Of a stretch of DNA of 64,000 nucleotides, positions 27,877-39,633 are shown piece after piece. The number at the start of each line of letters is the position of its first letter. The first letter of the stretch is position 1. Source of the DNA: Cytophagales bacterium (lineage in GTDB: Bacteria > Bacteroidota > Bacteroidia > Cytophagales > VRUD01); NCBI GenBank assembly GCA_019456305.1, contig VRUD01000008.1:11222-75221 (forward strand), given 5' to 3'. Both the position numbers and the translations under genes were made by a program. The notes under the pieces are model-generated. The model saw only the letters and a program-made list of their open reading frames with translations. It was not told the DNA's origin and made no database searches.

Positions 27877-28413
27877 CTACCACTTATTCTTCCACATCAT
27901 AGATTCAACCGGTTTATCAGAACGTTGTGCATATTTGGCGCTAAGTTTTTTGTTGTAATAATTCCGGATATCTCCTGAGACTTCAAAGTAGATCAACTGT
28001 CCGATGGGCATACGAGCATAGATCCGTACTGGCTGCTTAACAGATATTTCCAGCGTCCAGGTGTTGCAAAAACCGACATCACCTTTCCCGGCAGTGGCAT
28101 GTATATCTATGCCTAATCGTCCAATACTTGATTTTCCTTCAAGGAAAGGTACATGAGCATGTGTCTCAGTGTACTCACAAGTCACACCTAAATACAACAT
28201 ATCAGGTTTTAAAACAAAACCCTTAGCTGGTATCTCAAAAATTTCTATCTTGTTATGTTTTCGCACGTCAAGTTCTTTATTACTGTATATGGCAAGGTAT
28301 TTACTTAAATGTACGTCATAGGAATTGGTACCGAGACATTCAATATCAAAGGGTTCTATGACAATTGTACCTTTTTTAATTTCCTGGAGAATTTTTTTGT
28401 CTGAAAGGATCAT
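27877..28413 (-). CDS. dcd: dCTP deaminase
   Basis: MILSD, NSYDVHL, EGKSSIGRLG, GDVGF, TLEI, IGQL. Confidence 0.95.
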   Translation of the reverse strand: MILSDKKILQEIKKGTIVIEPFDIECLGTNSYDVHLSKYLAIYSNKELDVRKHNKIEIFEIPAKGFVLKPDMLYLGVTCEYTETHAHVPFLEGKSSIGRLGIDIHATAGKGDVGFCNTWTLEISVKQPVRIYARMPIGQLIYFEVSGDIRNYYNKKLSAKYAQRSDKPVESMMWKNKW

Positions 28414-28430
28414 TATATGTAAGATGTTTG

Positions 28431-28625
28431 ACCCCGACTTTGTCGGGGCAGGTGGAAGATGGAGATTGCGTCAGTCAGTAAGGAGTTACTTTGTTTTTTT
28501 CCCATTTTCCATTTCCCCTGCCTGCACTGGAGCTCCCGCCTGCCATAAGCCTTTAGCCTGTCCGCCCGCCTGCCAATTGGCGGGCAGGCCAGACAGGCGG
28601 GCGGGCAGGCATTTTCCATTTTTTC
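28431..28625. repeat. Composite nested intergenic repeat (CCCGAC..GTCGGG, CCATTTT heptamers, CCTGCC..GGCAGG palindromes)
   Basis: ccccgactttgtcgggg; cccattttccatttcc; gcctgtccgcccgcctgccaattggcgggcaggccagacaggcgggcgggcaggc. Confidence 0.8.
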
Positions 28626-28669
28626 AGTGCCTTTGTGCAAATTTTTTATAACTTTGCAAAAATAAGAAA

Positions 28670-29590
28670 ATGACAGATAATAAACGAGAAAAAAGACGGA
28701 TCATTAAAATCCAGTTGCTAATTGGGTTTATTGTTATACTGGTTGCAATTATTGCAATAGAGTTCTTCCTGAAGCAAACGGAAGTCAAAAAACTCAAGTA
28801 TTCCCATAAAATAAAAATGGAACAAGTGCATGCGCAGCTTGATTCTATTCAGCATGAACTGGTACTGAGGTATGACGAGGTAGCTCAATTAGGCGGTGAT
28901 ACAGCCGAATTAAGAATGATCATCAATCAAATTGAACAAGATAAAGCTAACCTTGAGATAAGAGTAAAAAATGCTACAGCAAGATACACGAGAATGGAAG
29001 GCAAAGTTAATGCCTATAAAAAACTACTGCTTAAAAAAGATGAAGAGCTTGCAAAGCTTAGAACAGACAATGAGAAACTTTTCAAAATAAATATTGGGCT
29101 AAAAACGACAATCATTGAACAAGGTGATAGCATTAGAGTCATACAGAAAGATAAAGACAAATTAGAAGTAAAAGTTGCCATTGCTTCTGAACTGAAAATT
29201 AAGAATATAAAATATTCATACATTAACAAAAAAGGCAAAGAGGTTGTTGTAAAAGATGGCAAACCCTTCAAATCAAGTGCAGTTGACAAAATAAAAATAT
29301 CTTTTCACCTTCCTGCGAATAAAGTATCCCGCAAAGGCGGAAAAGATATAATGCTTAGAGTGATTGAACCGGAAGGTTCTGTAGTTCTTGCCGGCTCCCC
29401 CAGTTCAAGCAGATTTGAATGTGAAGGAAAAGAATTGTTATTCACCTCCAAAAAAACCATCCTATATGACAATAAGGAAAAAAATGTAGCTTTTCTATAT
29501 CATCAAAACAGCTATAAGACCGGCAAACATATCACTGAATTATATGCAGATGGAAGACAGATTGGGAAGGGGGCATTTTATATAAAATAA
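28670..29590 (+). CDS. Membrane-anchored coiled-coil hypothetical protein
   Basis: N-terminal TM, long coiled coil, C-terminal beta domain; TAACTTTG at 28649. Confidence 0.75.
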   Translation: MTDNKREKRRIIKIQLLIGFIVILVAIIAIEFFLKQTEVKKLKYSHKIKMEQVHAQLDSIQHELVLRYDEVAQLGGDTAELRMIINQIEQDKANLEIRVKNATARYTRMEGKVNAYKKLLLKKDEELAKLRTDNEKLFKINIGLKTTIIEQGDSIRVIQKDKDKLEVKVAIASELKIKNIKYSYINKKGKEVVVKDGKPFKSSAVDKIKISFHLPANKVSRKGGKDIMLRVIEPEGSVVLAGSPSSSRFECEGKELLFTSKKTILYDNKEKNVAFLYHQNSYKTGKHITELYADGRQIGKGAFYIK

Positions 29591-29680
29591 GGGCATCTCT
29601 AAAAACTACATATTTTTTAAAACACACCCCTTGCCCCTCTTGATAGAGGGGAATGTATGGTGTAGTTTTTAGAGATGCCC
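29591..29680. mobile_element. 90-bp MITE with 20-bp perfect TIRs and ATAA TSD, carrying an inner REP hairpin
   Basis: GGGCATCTCTAAAAACTACA...TGTAGTTTTTAGAGATGCCC; ATAA on both sides; inner CCCCTCTTGATAGAGGGG. Confidence 0.85.
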
Positions 29681-29844
29681 ATAAGTCTGATCAAAGATTT
29701 AATTGAGAAAATTTGTTCAAGTATTAAGTAATAATTAAGTCGGTCAATAGCTTTCCTCAAATTAAATTCTTGATCCCAAAATTCAATTGAAACAAAAAAA
29801 GAATATAAATCGTTGTGAATCAGTTGCTTATTATATAATATATG

Positions 29845-29916
29845 TAGCCCGTAGGGGAATCGAACCCCTGTTTCCAGGATGAAAACCTGATGTCCTAACC
29901 ACTAGACGAACGGGCC
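29845..29916 (-). tRNA. tRNA-Glu (TTC)
   Basis: Minus strand GGCCCGTTCGTCTAGTGGTTAGGAC...TTTTCAT...GGTTCGATTCCCCTACGGGCTA cloverleaf. Confidence 0.96.
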
Positions 29917-30085
29917 TTTTAATTGAAAATTGTTAATTGAAAAATGAAAATTTCAAAATGATGCTGCAAAATTAGTAAGAAAATCATAATTTTGAAAATA
30001 TTTTCCCCTTAAAATTGTTTTTACATTTTCCTCATTGTACATTCGCACCAAAACCTGTAAGAACCTGGATTAACTCAAATGCTAA

Positions 30086-31072
<987 letters not shown>

Positions 31073-31129
31073 TAATAAATACTGACTAAAATAAATTCTT
31101 TACAAATATAAAATTGTAAACTTCTAATT

Positions 31130-31333
31130 TCATTCTTCTCCTCCCTTTAGTTTTTTTAATTGGTCCTTTTTTATCTTAATATCATAATGTAGACTGATAA
31201 TTTTATAAATACCCCCTATAATGACAATTATAGCACCAAAAAAAACTACCCAGGGATTTATGTTCTCTATTGTTGCAAATAGAATTAATGCTCCTATAAT
31301 AATAATAAAATCTGTATCAAAGAAATTACTCAT
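31130..31333 (-). CDS. Small 2-TM hypothetical protein
   Basis: 67-aa hydrophobic ORF with basic C-terminus. Confidence 0.5.
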   Translation of the reverse strand: MSNFFDTDFIIIIGALILFATIENINPWVVFFGAIIVIIGGIYKIISLHYDIKIKKDQLKKLKGGEE

Positions 31334-31369
31334 AGCATTAATTTTTATCTAATATGCAAAAACAATCAA

Positions 31370-32344
31370 TCATTTTTTAATATCATACCTAAAATAGTAC
31401 CCCAAACCTAATCTATCCAAAAAGTTCTTATAAGCCATTTTATAGGCATTCACATCGGGCGCAATTTTTATAGCTTCCTCGTAAGAATTTATCGCATCGA
31501 GAAATAAGGAATTTTGTTCATAGAAAGAAGCCATGATAATATTATTGATGGCTGTTTCTTCTACCAACTCACCCTTTAATGCATTAAATGCATCTTCAAC
31601 CAACAATATTTTATCTTTGGCAAGGTGACTTATAGCAAAATCATGTGATCTAACCTTAGGGTTTTCTTTGGCATAAACACTCCAGAAATAAACGCCTTCA
31701 TCTTTCAGGTTCAATTTGTTCATATCTACAATTAGCATGGTGGCCGTTGTTTCCTTAGTCAAAACAGGTTCTTCATATCTGTTCATAATATTAACTACAT
31801 AAGTGTTAACCCCCTTACTACTAAGCCATCTGAACGTTACAGAAGAATTATTGATCACATCACTTTTATTAGGTGAAAGCACGCTGATGGTATAGGACCC
31901 TACTTTTCTTTCTACTGCACCCGTTACCGCCATATAATTTTGATGATCTTTGCTCAGATTCTTATCATCTGATTTAGCAAATTCTCCAAATACATAATCA
32001 GCATATTTGTGTGTTAATCCACCATTAGATGAAGTTAAACCGCTTGCCAGTTTCTTTACATTGTACGTTCCAGGTTTTTTTACCTCAATTGTCTTACCAC
32101 TTTTATGGATAAGACCGACATAACCGTTTTCTGAAACTTTTAAAGTTGCAGTTTCATACAACAGTTCCCCAATAGATATGGCTTTCCAACTTCCTTTTTC
32201 CTGGATCGAAATATTACCCTGGGTAGCCAGTACTTTAAATAGTTCACCTGATCCTGTGAAAGATTTGTAATTTTGGCTTTTTCCATAAACTATTGTTATG
32301 GACAATGCCAATAAAACCGGTAATAAAATTTTTCTTGTTTTCAT
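31370..32344 (-). CDS. Exported protein: FecR-like N-terminus, beta domain, C-terminal TPR-like helix pair (paralog A)
   Basis: Signal peptide; shares YVGLIH..G.TIE.KKPG.YNV, YMAVTGAVER and IMASFYEQN.LFLDAI with the neighbour. Confidence 0.7.
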   Translation of the reverse strand: MKTRKILLPVLLALSITIVYGKSQNYKSFTGSGELFKVLATQGNISIQEKGSWKAISIGELLYETATLKVSENGYVGLIHKSGKTIEVKKPGTYNVKKLASGLTSSNGGLTHKYADYVFGEFAKSDDKNLSKDHQNYMAVTGAVERKVGSYTISVLSPNKSDVINNSSVTFRWLSSKGVNTYVVNIMNRYEEPVLTKETTATMLIVDMNKLNLKDEGVYFWSVYAKENPKVRSHDFAISHLAKDKILLVEDAFNALKGELVEETAINNIIMASFYEQNSLFLDAINSYEEAIKIAPDVNAYKMAYKNFLDRLGLGYYFRYDIKK

Positions 32345-32394
32345 GATTAATAAGTGTTTTAAATTTTAAAAGTACCATATTTACAATTAATATT

Positions 32395-33330
32395 TTATTC
32401 GAACTTATAATATTCCCCCAAGCCTATCCTGTTTAAAAACATACTGTAAGCCAGTTTATATTCATAAACTTCAGGTTCCAGCTTAATAGCTTCTTCATAA
32501 GCGCTTATTGCATCAAGAAACAACTTATTTTGCTCATAGAAAGAAGCCATAATTATTTTATTAATTGCTGTTTCCTGTTTTAGCTCTCTTTTTAATGTGC
32601 GTAAAGTATTTTCAAGCGAAGAAGCTTTTTCATTATTTATATGGTTCAACGCGTATTGACCGGACTTAATTTTAGGATTCTCTTTAACAGAAACAGTTAA
32701 AATATGAAGATGTTCTTCGGTGCCCAAATTGTTTAAATCTATCTTTAATACAGTACCTGATGTTACCTGTGAAAATACCGTTTCTTCAAACCTGTTGGTG
32801 ATTTTCACAACGTAAGCTTTTGCATTTTCCGTTCCAATCCACCTTAAAGTAATTGTAGAATTTAATACCTCGGTTTCATTTGGAGCAAGTAATTTAATTG
32901 CGGCAGCTCCTGTTGATCTTTCCACTGCCCCGGTTACAGCCATGTATTTGTAATGGCCTTTATTCAAATCTTTATCATCCGATTTAGCCAACTCACCTAC
33001 TACATAGCTGGCATATTTATGGGCAAGCCCGCTGTTAGTCGTGGTTAGTTTTTCTGCTAATTGATTAACATTATATGCCCCTGGCTTTTTTAGCTCAATA
33101 GTACTGCCCTTGGTATGGATAAGGCCTACATAGCTGTTTTCACCAAGTTTGAGCTTATCTCCCTCATGCACCTTATTAGAGGTATAGACAGGCGACCACT
33201 TATTATTACAGAATATCGTAACATCACCCCTTGATGCTAACACTCTGAAAATATCTTTTTGATCTTGCGCATATACCGCAACGAAAACAAAAGATACTAT
33301 AACCGGAAGTAAAATTTTGATCGTTTTCAT
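32395..33330 (-). CDS. Exported protein, tandem paralog B of 31370-32344
   Basis: Same motifs as the neighbour along the whole length. Confidence 0.7.
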   Translation of the reverse strand: MKTIKILLPVIVSFVFVAVYAQDQKDIFRVLASRGDVTIFCNNKWSPVYTSNKVHEGDKLKLGENSYVGLIHTKGSTIELKKPGAYNVNQLAEKLTTTNSGLAHKYASYVVGELAKSDDKDLNKGHYKYMAVTGAVERSTGAAAIKLLAPNETEVLNSTITLRWIGTENAKAYVVKITNRFEETVFSQVTSGTVLKIDLNNLGTEEHLHILTVSVKENPKIKSGQYALNHINNEKASSLENTLRTLKRELKQETAINKIIMASFYEQNKLFLDAISAYEEAIKLEPEVYEYKLAYSMFLNRIGLGEYYKFE

Positions 33331-33571
33331 AATGGTTAAAAATTTTATTGATTAAATCGTAAAATTAGAACATTAAAAAATAAAATGCAAATAAATTTAA
33401 TTATTTTTTTTCTGTAAATAATACAAAAAATACTTTTTTTTAGAACCTTATTACGTTTTTTTTAGAATAATGTTTCTTAATGAATATAGATAATTAAACT
33501 CAGCCTCACCTGGGTGTGACTACAAAGATACAAATATTACATTTCAATATAACAAATTTTACAGGTATTTT

Positions 33572-34735
33572 TTATAAAAACTTTCTTTTTACACTGATTG
33601 CTATGTTTTTAAACACACTATAATAAACTTCAAGCAAATTACTCATAAGCAAAAACACAACGATTAAAAACGTTACGTTAACTTTAATTGCAAGGTAATA
33701 AAATAGAAATAAAGAACAAAAAAAGATTACAACTGTTTCAATTATTCCTATCAAAAAAGTTATTCCATCATACCATTTCCTGTGAATTTTATATATATAT
33801 GAGAAAAATGCAACGTTAAAAAAACATAAAATTATTGATAATATCATACTCAATGTATCTTTTTTTTCTATAAAATCACCATTTAGTATCATTGAAACAA
33901 TGTTTGCATGAATAACTACTCCATACATATCAGGATATGACCTGCCAACAAATTCAGGATTTAGTGGCGTAAACAACTTATCATGCCATGATGTATCACT
34001 AAAATTCTTTCCCATGAAGCCCATTAATACTATTTTATCCTTTACAAAAGACAGGTCTTGATTCGTATCAAATATTTGTAACACGTCTAATTTGTAAAAT
34101 TCCTTATTGCCTCTGTAGTTGATTACTTCAAGGGCATTTTCTCTTGAAAGAAGTTTGTCAACTGCCTTGGGGTTATATTTTTGTGCTATTTTTACAGCAA
34201 AATGCAACTCACTCCTATCCTTCAAATTTTGTATTGGTCTAAACACTCTGGATGTTTCCAATCTATGGGGCACTAAATTTGCAAATCCAGTTGTTGCATA
34301 CTGGCTAAACTTACTATGAGATGTTTCCAGGGTATCCCAATAACCAGTCTCGTCATTATAATTCCAAACTTTACTTACTAATACCAGGTTTTCAGCCTCA
34401 GAAAACGCATCCTGCAAAGGAGCATCTACCTCAAATTCTTTTTCATTTCTAAAAAAAGCATCGATTGCAATTACTTTTGGCTTATATTGATTGATAATTT
34501 TAATCTGTTCAGCAATTCCCTGCCTTGGTATTAGTCCCATATTTACGATCACTATATTTGTATCACCCGGTAATTCCCTGAATTTTGAAAATGCTATATC
34601 TGTAATATCTAAATTTTCAAAAGTAGCTTCTATAGGTTCTAAAAACTCAGGCAATTTAATAAACGAAACCAAATATAAACATGCAATGATGAATACGGTA
34701 GCAAATAAATTATCAAGATTGAATATACTTTTCAT
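33572..34735 (-). CDS. CHASE2-domain membrane protein without a cytoplasmic output domain
   Basis: IVIVN, PKVIAIDAFF, KDKIVLMG, D..FTP, MYGVVIHANIVSMIL, then three TM helices to the end. Confidence 0.85.
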   Translation of the reverse strand: MKSIFNLDNLFATVFIIACLYLVSFIKLPEFLEPIEATFENLDITDIAFSKFRELPGDTNIVIVNMGLIPRQGIAEQIKIINQYKPKVIAIDAFFRNEKEFEVDAPLQDAFSEAENLVLVSKVWNYNDETGYWDTLETSHSKFSQYATTGFANLVPHRLETSRVFRPIQNLKDRSELHFAVKIAQKYNPKAVDKLLSRENALEVINYRGNKEFYKLDVLQIFDTNQDLSFVKDKIVLMGFMGKNFSDTSWHDKLFTPLNPEFVGRSYPDMYGVVIHANIVSMILNGDFIEKKDTLSMILSIILCFFNVAFFSYIYKIHRKWYDGITFLIGIIETVVIFFCSLFLFYYLAIKVNVTFLIVVFLLMSNLLEVYYSVFKNIAISVKRKFL

Positions 34736-34869
34736 CTTAAGTTATGTAGTGAATATAAATTGAAGACAAATCCGATGCTAATATACTAATTAACTGTTTT
34801 TAACCATTCTTTAGTATTCATTCGTATATTGGTATCGGAATATGATCATCAGGTTTAACTGATTTAAAA

Positions 34870-35880
34870 ATGAAATCCAAAATTAAAGATAAACTTTCAA
34901 TTAAGCAATTTGCAAAAGAAATTATTTCAGGTAACAGGATTATCCTTAGCAAAGCTATTACATTAGTTGAAAGTTCCCTGCCTGCTGATAACGAATCAGC
35001 CCAAAAAATTATGGGGGAAATTATGCCATATACCGGCAGATCTATCCGCGTAGGAATTACCGGAGTGCCCGGAGTAGGTAAAAGTACGTTTATTGAAGCA
35101 TTAGGTAAATATATAACTTCACTTAATAAGAAATTAGCCGTATTAGCGCTTGATCCCAGCAGCAAGCATTCTAAAGGCAGCATTCTTGGAGACAAGACCA
35201 GGATGGAGGAGCTTTCAAATGATCCGCTGGCGTATATAAGGCCTTCACCCACAAAAGGTTCGTTGGGTGGAGTAAGCGCACATTCCAGGGAAACGATGCT
35301 GTTGTGTGAAGCAGCCGGTTTTGAAGTGATCTTCATAGAAACCGTTGGCGTGGGGCAATCGGAAACAACTGTACATGGCATGGTAGATTTTTTTTTACTG
35401 CTCATGCTAGCTGGAGCCGGAGATGAATTGCAGGGAATCAAAAAAGGTATTATGGAGATGGCTGATGCAATGGTGATAACCAAAGCCGATGGTAATAATG
35501 TTAAGAAAGCTGAATTAGCAAAAAAAGAATATCAAAATGCATTACATCTATACCCGCTCACAACATCAGGTTGGGTACCCCCCGTGACTACCTGCTCCGC
35601 CATAAACAACAAGGGTATCAAAGAAATATGGGAGTTAATTATCAAACATCATGAAACAATGAAAGCAAATGGCTATTTCGATAAAAACCGGCAGCAACAG
35701 AACCTTGCGTGGATGCATGAAACCGTTCTACAACATCTGCAAAACAGTTTCTATTCTAACAAAAAAATTAAAAAAACACTCATTTCTCTTGAAAATCAGG
35801 TGATAGACGGTAAGATGCCTGCTATTAATGCAGCATTGAAGCTTCTGGAAGCATATAAAAAATTGACAGTTGACAATTGA
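34870..35880 (+). CDS. meaB: Methylmalonyl-CoA mutase-associated GTPase
   Basis: GITGVPGVGKST, DPSS..SKGSILGDKTRM, ETVGVGQSE, GDELQGIKKG. Confidence 0.95.
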   Translation: MKSKIKDKLSIKQFAKEIISGNRIILSKAITLVESSLPADNESAQKIMGEIMPYTGRSIRVGITGVPGVGKSTFIEALGKYITSLNKKLAVLALDPSSKHSKGSILGDKTRMEELSNDPLAYIRPSPTKGSLGGVSAHSRETMLLCEAAGFEVIFIETVGVGQSETTVHGMVDFFLLLMLAGAGDELQGIKKGIMEMADAMVITKADGNNVKKAELAKKEYQNALHLYPLTTSGWVPPVTTCSAINNKGIKEIWELIIKHHETMKANGYFDKNRQQQNLAWMHETVLQHLQNSFYSNKKIKKTLISLENQVIDGKMPAINAALKLLEAYKKLTVDN

Positions 35881-35909
35881 CCCCGAGTGCTCGGGGTCAA
35901 CTGTCAACT
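35868..35909. repeat. Hairpin of TTGACA heptamer arms around CCCCGAGTGCTCGGGG; overlaps the meaB stop, likely terminator
   Basis: AGTTGACAATTGACCCCGAGTGCTCGGGGTCAACTGTCAACT followed by a T-run. Confidence 0.85.
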
Positions 35910-35912
35910 TTT

Positions 35913-36776
35913 TTAACCCAGGTATGGCTTTAATGTTTTACTGCGTGAGGTATGCCTTAATCTTCTGATTGCTTTTTCTTTAATCTGCCTGACTCTTTCT
36001 CTTGTTAGATTAAACTCCTCGCCAATCTCTTCCAGGCTCGATGCAGGATGGCCATTCAAACCATAATACAACGTAACTACATCTGCCTCACGTTTTGTTA
36101 AGGTTGATAAAGCCCGTTGTACTTCCTTACATAAAGAATCATTGATCAAGCTGGTATCGGGAGGTCCGGTAGTGTTATTTTCGAGAATATCAAGCAGGCT
36201 GTTTTCTTCACCCGTAACAAAAGGAGCATCCATCGATACGTGCCTGCCCGCATTCTTCATAGTATCAACTACTTCAGAAGTTTTTACTTCCATTACTTCA
36301 GCAAGCTCTTCGGGAGAGGGTTCCCTTTTAAACTTTTGCTCTAATGCTGAGAATGTTTTAGATATTTTATTTAAAGACCCTACCCTGTTCAAAGGTAACC
36401 TGACAATCCTGGATTGCTCTGCCAATGCCTGAAGGATTGACTGCCTTATCCACCAAACAGCATAAGAAATAAATTTAAATCCTCGTGTCTCATCAAATCG
36501 CTGGCCGGCTTTTATCAAGCCAAGATTGCCTTCATTGATCAGGTCACCAAGGGTAAGTCCTTGGTTCTGATATTGCTTTGCTACCGATACCACAAAACGA
36601 AGATTGGATTTCGTTAATTTTTCAAGGGCATATTGGTCCCCCTCTTTGATCTTTTTAGCCAAAATAACCTCTTCATCCGGAGTCAACAGATCTACTTTTC
36701 CAATTTCCTGTAGATATTTGTCTAATGACTGACTCTCCCTGTTGGTAATCTGTTTGCTTATCTTGAGTTGTCTCAC
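35913..36776 (-). CDS. rpoD: Primary sigma-70 factor, short Bacteroidota type
   Basis: [50 protein letters not shown]. Confidence 0.93.
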   Translation of the reverse strand: MRQLKISKQITNRESQSLDKYLQEIGKVDLLTPDEEVILAKKIKEGDQYALEKLTKSNLRFVVSVAKQYQNQGLTLGDLINEGNLGLIKAGQRFDETRGFKFISYAVWWIRQSILQALAEQSRIVRLPLNRVGSLNKISKTFSALEQKFKREPSPEELAEVMEVKTSEVVDTMKNAGRHVSMDAPFVTGEENSLLDILENNTTGPPDTSLINDSLCKEVQRALSTLTKREADVVTLYYGLNGHPASSLEEIGEEFNLTRERVRQIKEKAIRRLRHTSRSKTLKPYLG

Positions 36777-36853
36777 AATATATGGTTAATTAGTGTCTGT
36801 CTATAATGCCAAAAATATTCGTTAATGAAAATCCAAAGTTTCAACATTAAGCC

Positions 36854-36911
36854 GGCAGTTGGCAGTCGGCAGTCGGCAAATTTGCTGACTACCGACTGTG
36901 GACTGCCGACT
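36854..36911. repeat. Inverted CAGTCGG heptamer arms around GCAAATTTGC
   Basis: ggcagttggcagtcggcagtcggcaaatttgctgactaccgactgtggactgccgact. Confidence 0.82.
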
Positions 36912-37036
36912 TTTTAATCAACTTACTTGTCTGCGACAGACAGGCGAAGTATTATGTTCCTAATATTATACACTATGCTACAAACGGAATAAACAAAAAA
37001 AAGTTCAATAAAGTTCTATTATTTTCCAGATGAAAG

Positions 37037-39181
37037 CTATTCTCTACTCGCCTCACTGGTTTCTGGTCTTGGCAGCAAAACTTTTCTTGACAACTTTAAT
37101 TTACCTGATCTTTTATCAATATCAACTAACTTTACTTTCAGTTCTTCACCTACCTGCAGCACATCATCCATAGATTCGAGTCGTTCCCATTTGATCTCTG
37201 AAATATGTAACAAACCATCTTTACCTGGCAATATTTCAACGAAAGCGCCATAAGGCATCACAGATTTCACCTTGCCATCATACACTTCTCCTACTTCAGG
37301 CAGAGTAACTATTGCTTTAACCATCGCAACAGCCTTATCAAGGGCGTCTACATCAACCGCAAAAATATTTATTAACCCAATACTATCCACTTCATCAATA
37401 GTAACTGTAGCTCCGGTCTCTTTTTGAATTCCCTGTACCACTTTTCCTCCCGGGCCTATCACTGCACCTATAAGCTCTTTATCAATCCTTATTGTATGAT
37501 ATCTCGGTACATGCGGTTTTAGCTCTTTACTGGTTTCAGAAATGGTTTTATTCATTTCATCAAGTATGTGCAATCTTCCTGCTTTAGCTTGCAGTAAAGC
37601 TTTTTCTAAAATTTCGTAAGAAAGGCCTCCAACCTTAATATCCATCTGGCAAGCTGTAATACCGTTGGATGTACCGGCAACTTTAAAATCCATATCTCCC
37701 AGATGATCTTCGTCTCCCAGGATATCAGATAGAACAGCATATTTACCAGTTGCAGTATCTGTAATCAGCCCCATTGCAATCCCCGAGACAGCCTCTTTGA
37801 TCTTAATGCCTGCATCCATTAACGCGAGCGAGCCGGCACATACCGTTGCCATAGAAGAAGACCCATTAGATTCCAGAATATCAGAAACGATACGGATAGT
37901 ATAGGGGTTATCCTCATTTGGCGGCAGCACTTTTTGCAATGCTCTGAGAGCAAGATTGCCATGGCCGATCTCCCTCCTGCCAGGCCCCCTGTTTGGCCTG
38001 ACTTCCCCAACAGAAAAAGATGGAAAATTATAATGAAGCATAAACTTGCTAAACCCTTTTTCCATAGCGCTGTCAGTCATTTTCTCGTCTAATTTTGTAC
38101 CCAGCGTAACTGAGGTTAAAGATTGCGTCTCACCTCTGGTAAATATTGATGAACCGTGTGCAGCCGGTAAATAATTAATCTCACTCCAAATAGGCCTGAC
38201 CTCATCCGTCTTACGTCCATCCAGCCTAACCCCATCTTTCAGAATAGCATCCCTGGCTGCCTTTTTTTCTATTTCATGAAAATATTTGCTGATCAGGGAA
38301 ATGTCTTCTTCGTGATCTTCAGGCAGACCATCAATATATTCCTCTTTAATCGCTTTAAAAGCGACTGATCTTTCCTGCTTATTATTTATAGCGGATTTAG
38401 CAACCTTATAAACTTTGTCGTACAACTGCGCTTCAAGTTTTTCTTTTAATTCAGGATCATTTGTTTCAAGTACATATTCACGTTTTTTGGTTTTACCAGC
38501 CATTTCAGACAATTCGATCTGTGCCTTACATTGAACTTTAATAGCTTCATGAGCTGCTTTTAGCGTTTCCAACAGGTCAGCTTCCTGAACCTCATCCGAT
38601 GCGCCCTCTACCATTACAATATTTTCTATTGTTCCGCCAACGATCAACTCTATATCTGCCTTTTCTATTTCAGCTGGTGTAGGGTTGATCAAAAAATTAC
38701 CATCCACCCGGCATACCCTGACTTCGGATACAGGATTTTTGAATGGAATATCCGATACCGCTATAGCAGAAGATGCAGCTAAGGTAGCTAAAGCATCTGG
38801 CAAAATTTCTTTCCCTGCAGATATTAAAAAGATATTTACCTGGGTTTCGCAATGGTAATCATCAGGAAACATTGGACGTAAGACCCGGTCAACAAGCCTG
38901 CAAACAAGGATCTCTAAGTCTGACAATCTGCCCTCTCTTTTTAGAAAGCCACCAGGAATACGCCCTGCTGAGGCAAATTTTTCCTGGTAATCAACAGAAA
39001 GGGGCATAAAATCTATGCCTTCTTTTACTTCTTTATTTGCACAAACAGTAGCAAGCAACATCGTTTGACCCATGCGTACTATTACAGATCCATCTGCCTG
39101 CTTTGCTAATTTTCCACTTTCAAGTGTGATCTCCCTTCCGTCAGGTAATTCAATGGTTTTGGAAATTGGTTTTGGTAACAT
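37037..39181 (-). CDS. pnp: Polyribonucleotide nucleotidyltransferase
   Basis: [45 protein letters not shown] and S1 domains. Confidence 0.98.
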   Translation of the reverse strand: MLPKPISKTIELPDGREITLESGKLAKQADGSVIVRMGQTMLLATVCANKEVKEGIDFMPLSVDYQEKFASAGRIPGGFLKREGRLSDLEILVCRLVDRVLRPMFPDDYHCETQVNIFLISAGKEILPDALATLAASSAIAVSDIPFKNPVSEVRVCRVDGNFLINPTPAEIEKADIELIVGGTIENIVMVEGASDEVQEADLLETLKAAHEAIKVQCKAQIELSEMAGKTKKREYVLETNDPELKEKLEAQLYDKVYKVAKSAINNKQERSVAFKAIKEEYIDGLPEDHEEDISLISKYFHEIEKKAARDAILKDGVRLDGRKTDEVRPIWSEINYLPAAHGSSIFTRGETQSLTSVTLGTKLDEKMTDSAMEKGFSKFMLHYNFPSFSVGEVRPNRGPGRREIGHGNLALRALQKVLPPNEDNPYTIRIVSDILESNGSSSMATVCAGSLALMDAGIKIKEAVSGIAMGLITDTATGKYAVLSDILGDEDHLGDMDFKVAGTSNGITACQMDIKVGGLSYEILEKALLQAKAGRLHILDEMNKTISETSKELKPHVPRYHTIRIDKELIGAVIGPGGKVVQGIQKETGATVTIDEVDSIGLINIFAVDVDALDKAVAMVKAIVTLPEVGEVYDGKVKSVMPYGAFVEILPGKDGLLHISEIKWERLESMDDVLQVGEELKVKLVDIDKRSGKLKLSRKVLLPRPETSEASRE

Positions 39182-39184
39182 TAT

Positions 39185-39250
39185 TTTAGTTATTAGTTTG
39201 TTAGTTTTTAGTTATGGTTATTTAGTTGTTGGTTTTAGTTTTTTAGTTTG
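39185..39250. repeat. TTAGTT-based 7-8 bp degenerate tandem array
   Basis: ttagttattagtttgttagtttttagttatggttatttagttgttggttttagttttttagttt; same family at 63025-63190. Confidence 0.75.
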
Positions 39251-39339
39251 CTTCATTATCTAAATGCGAATTTTAACAAAATAGCAGAGCGCAGGGCGGA
39301 AAAGGGCTCCAACGTGGGAAACGCTATGCGCCATGCGCC

Positions 39340-39615
39340 TTATTTCCTGATCTTCAATTCACCAATAATCGCTTTGTACCTTTCTATATCTTTTTTCTGA
39401 AGATAATTTAAGAACTTTTTTCTTTTTCCTACTAATTTTAATAAACCCAATCTTGTGGATTTGTCTTTCTTATTTTTTTTCAGATGCTCAGTGAGATATT
39501 CTATTCTGTGCGAAAAAAGGGCGACCTGGGCTTCAGGAGAACCCGTATCAGTTTCTGATTTGGTAAAACTAAACTTCTTAAAAAGTTCCTGTTTTTTTTT
39601 ACTTGTTAGATACAT
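39340..39615 (-). CDS. rpsO: 30S ribosomal protein S15
   Basis: DTGSPEAQVA, LTEHL, LLKLVGKRKKFLNYL. Confidence 0.97.
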   Translation of the reverse strand: MYLTSKKKQELFKKFSFTKSETDTGSPEAQVALFSHRIEYLTEHLKKNKKDKSTRLGLLKLVGKRKKFLNYLQKKDIERYKAIIGELKIRK

Positions 39616-39633
39616 TTAAACTAAGTATTCATG

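Noticed and set aside
28325..28651. ORFs 28325-28651 and 28413-28640
   Set aside because: Read-through of the GC-rich nested repeat upstream of dcd.
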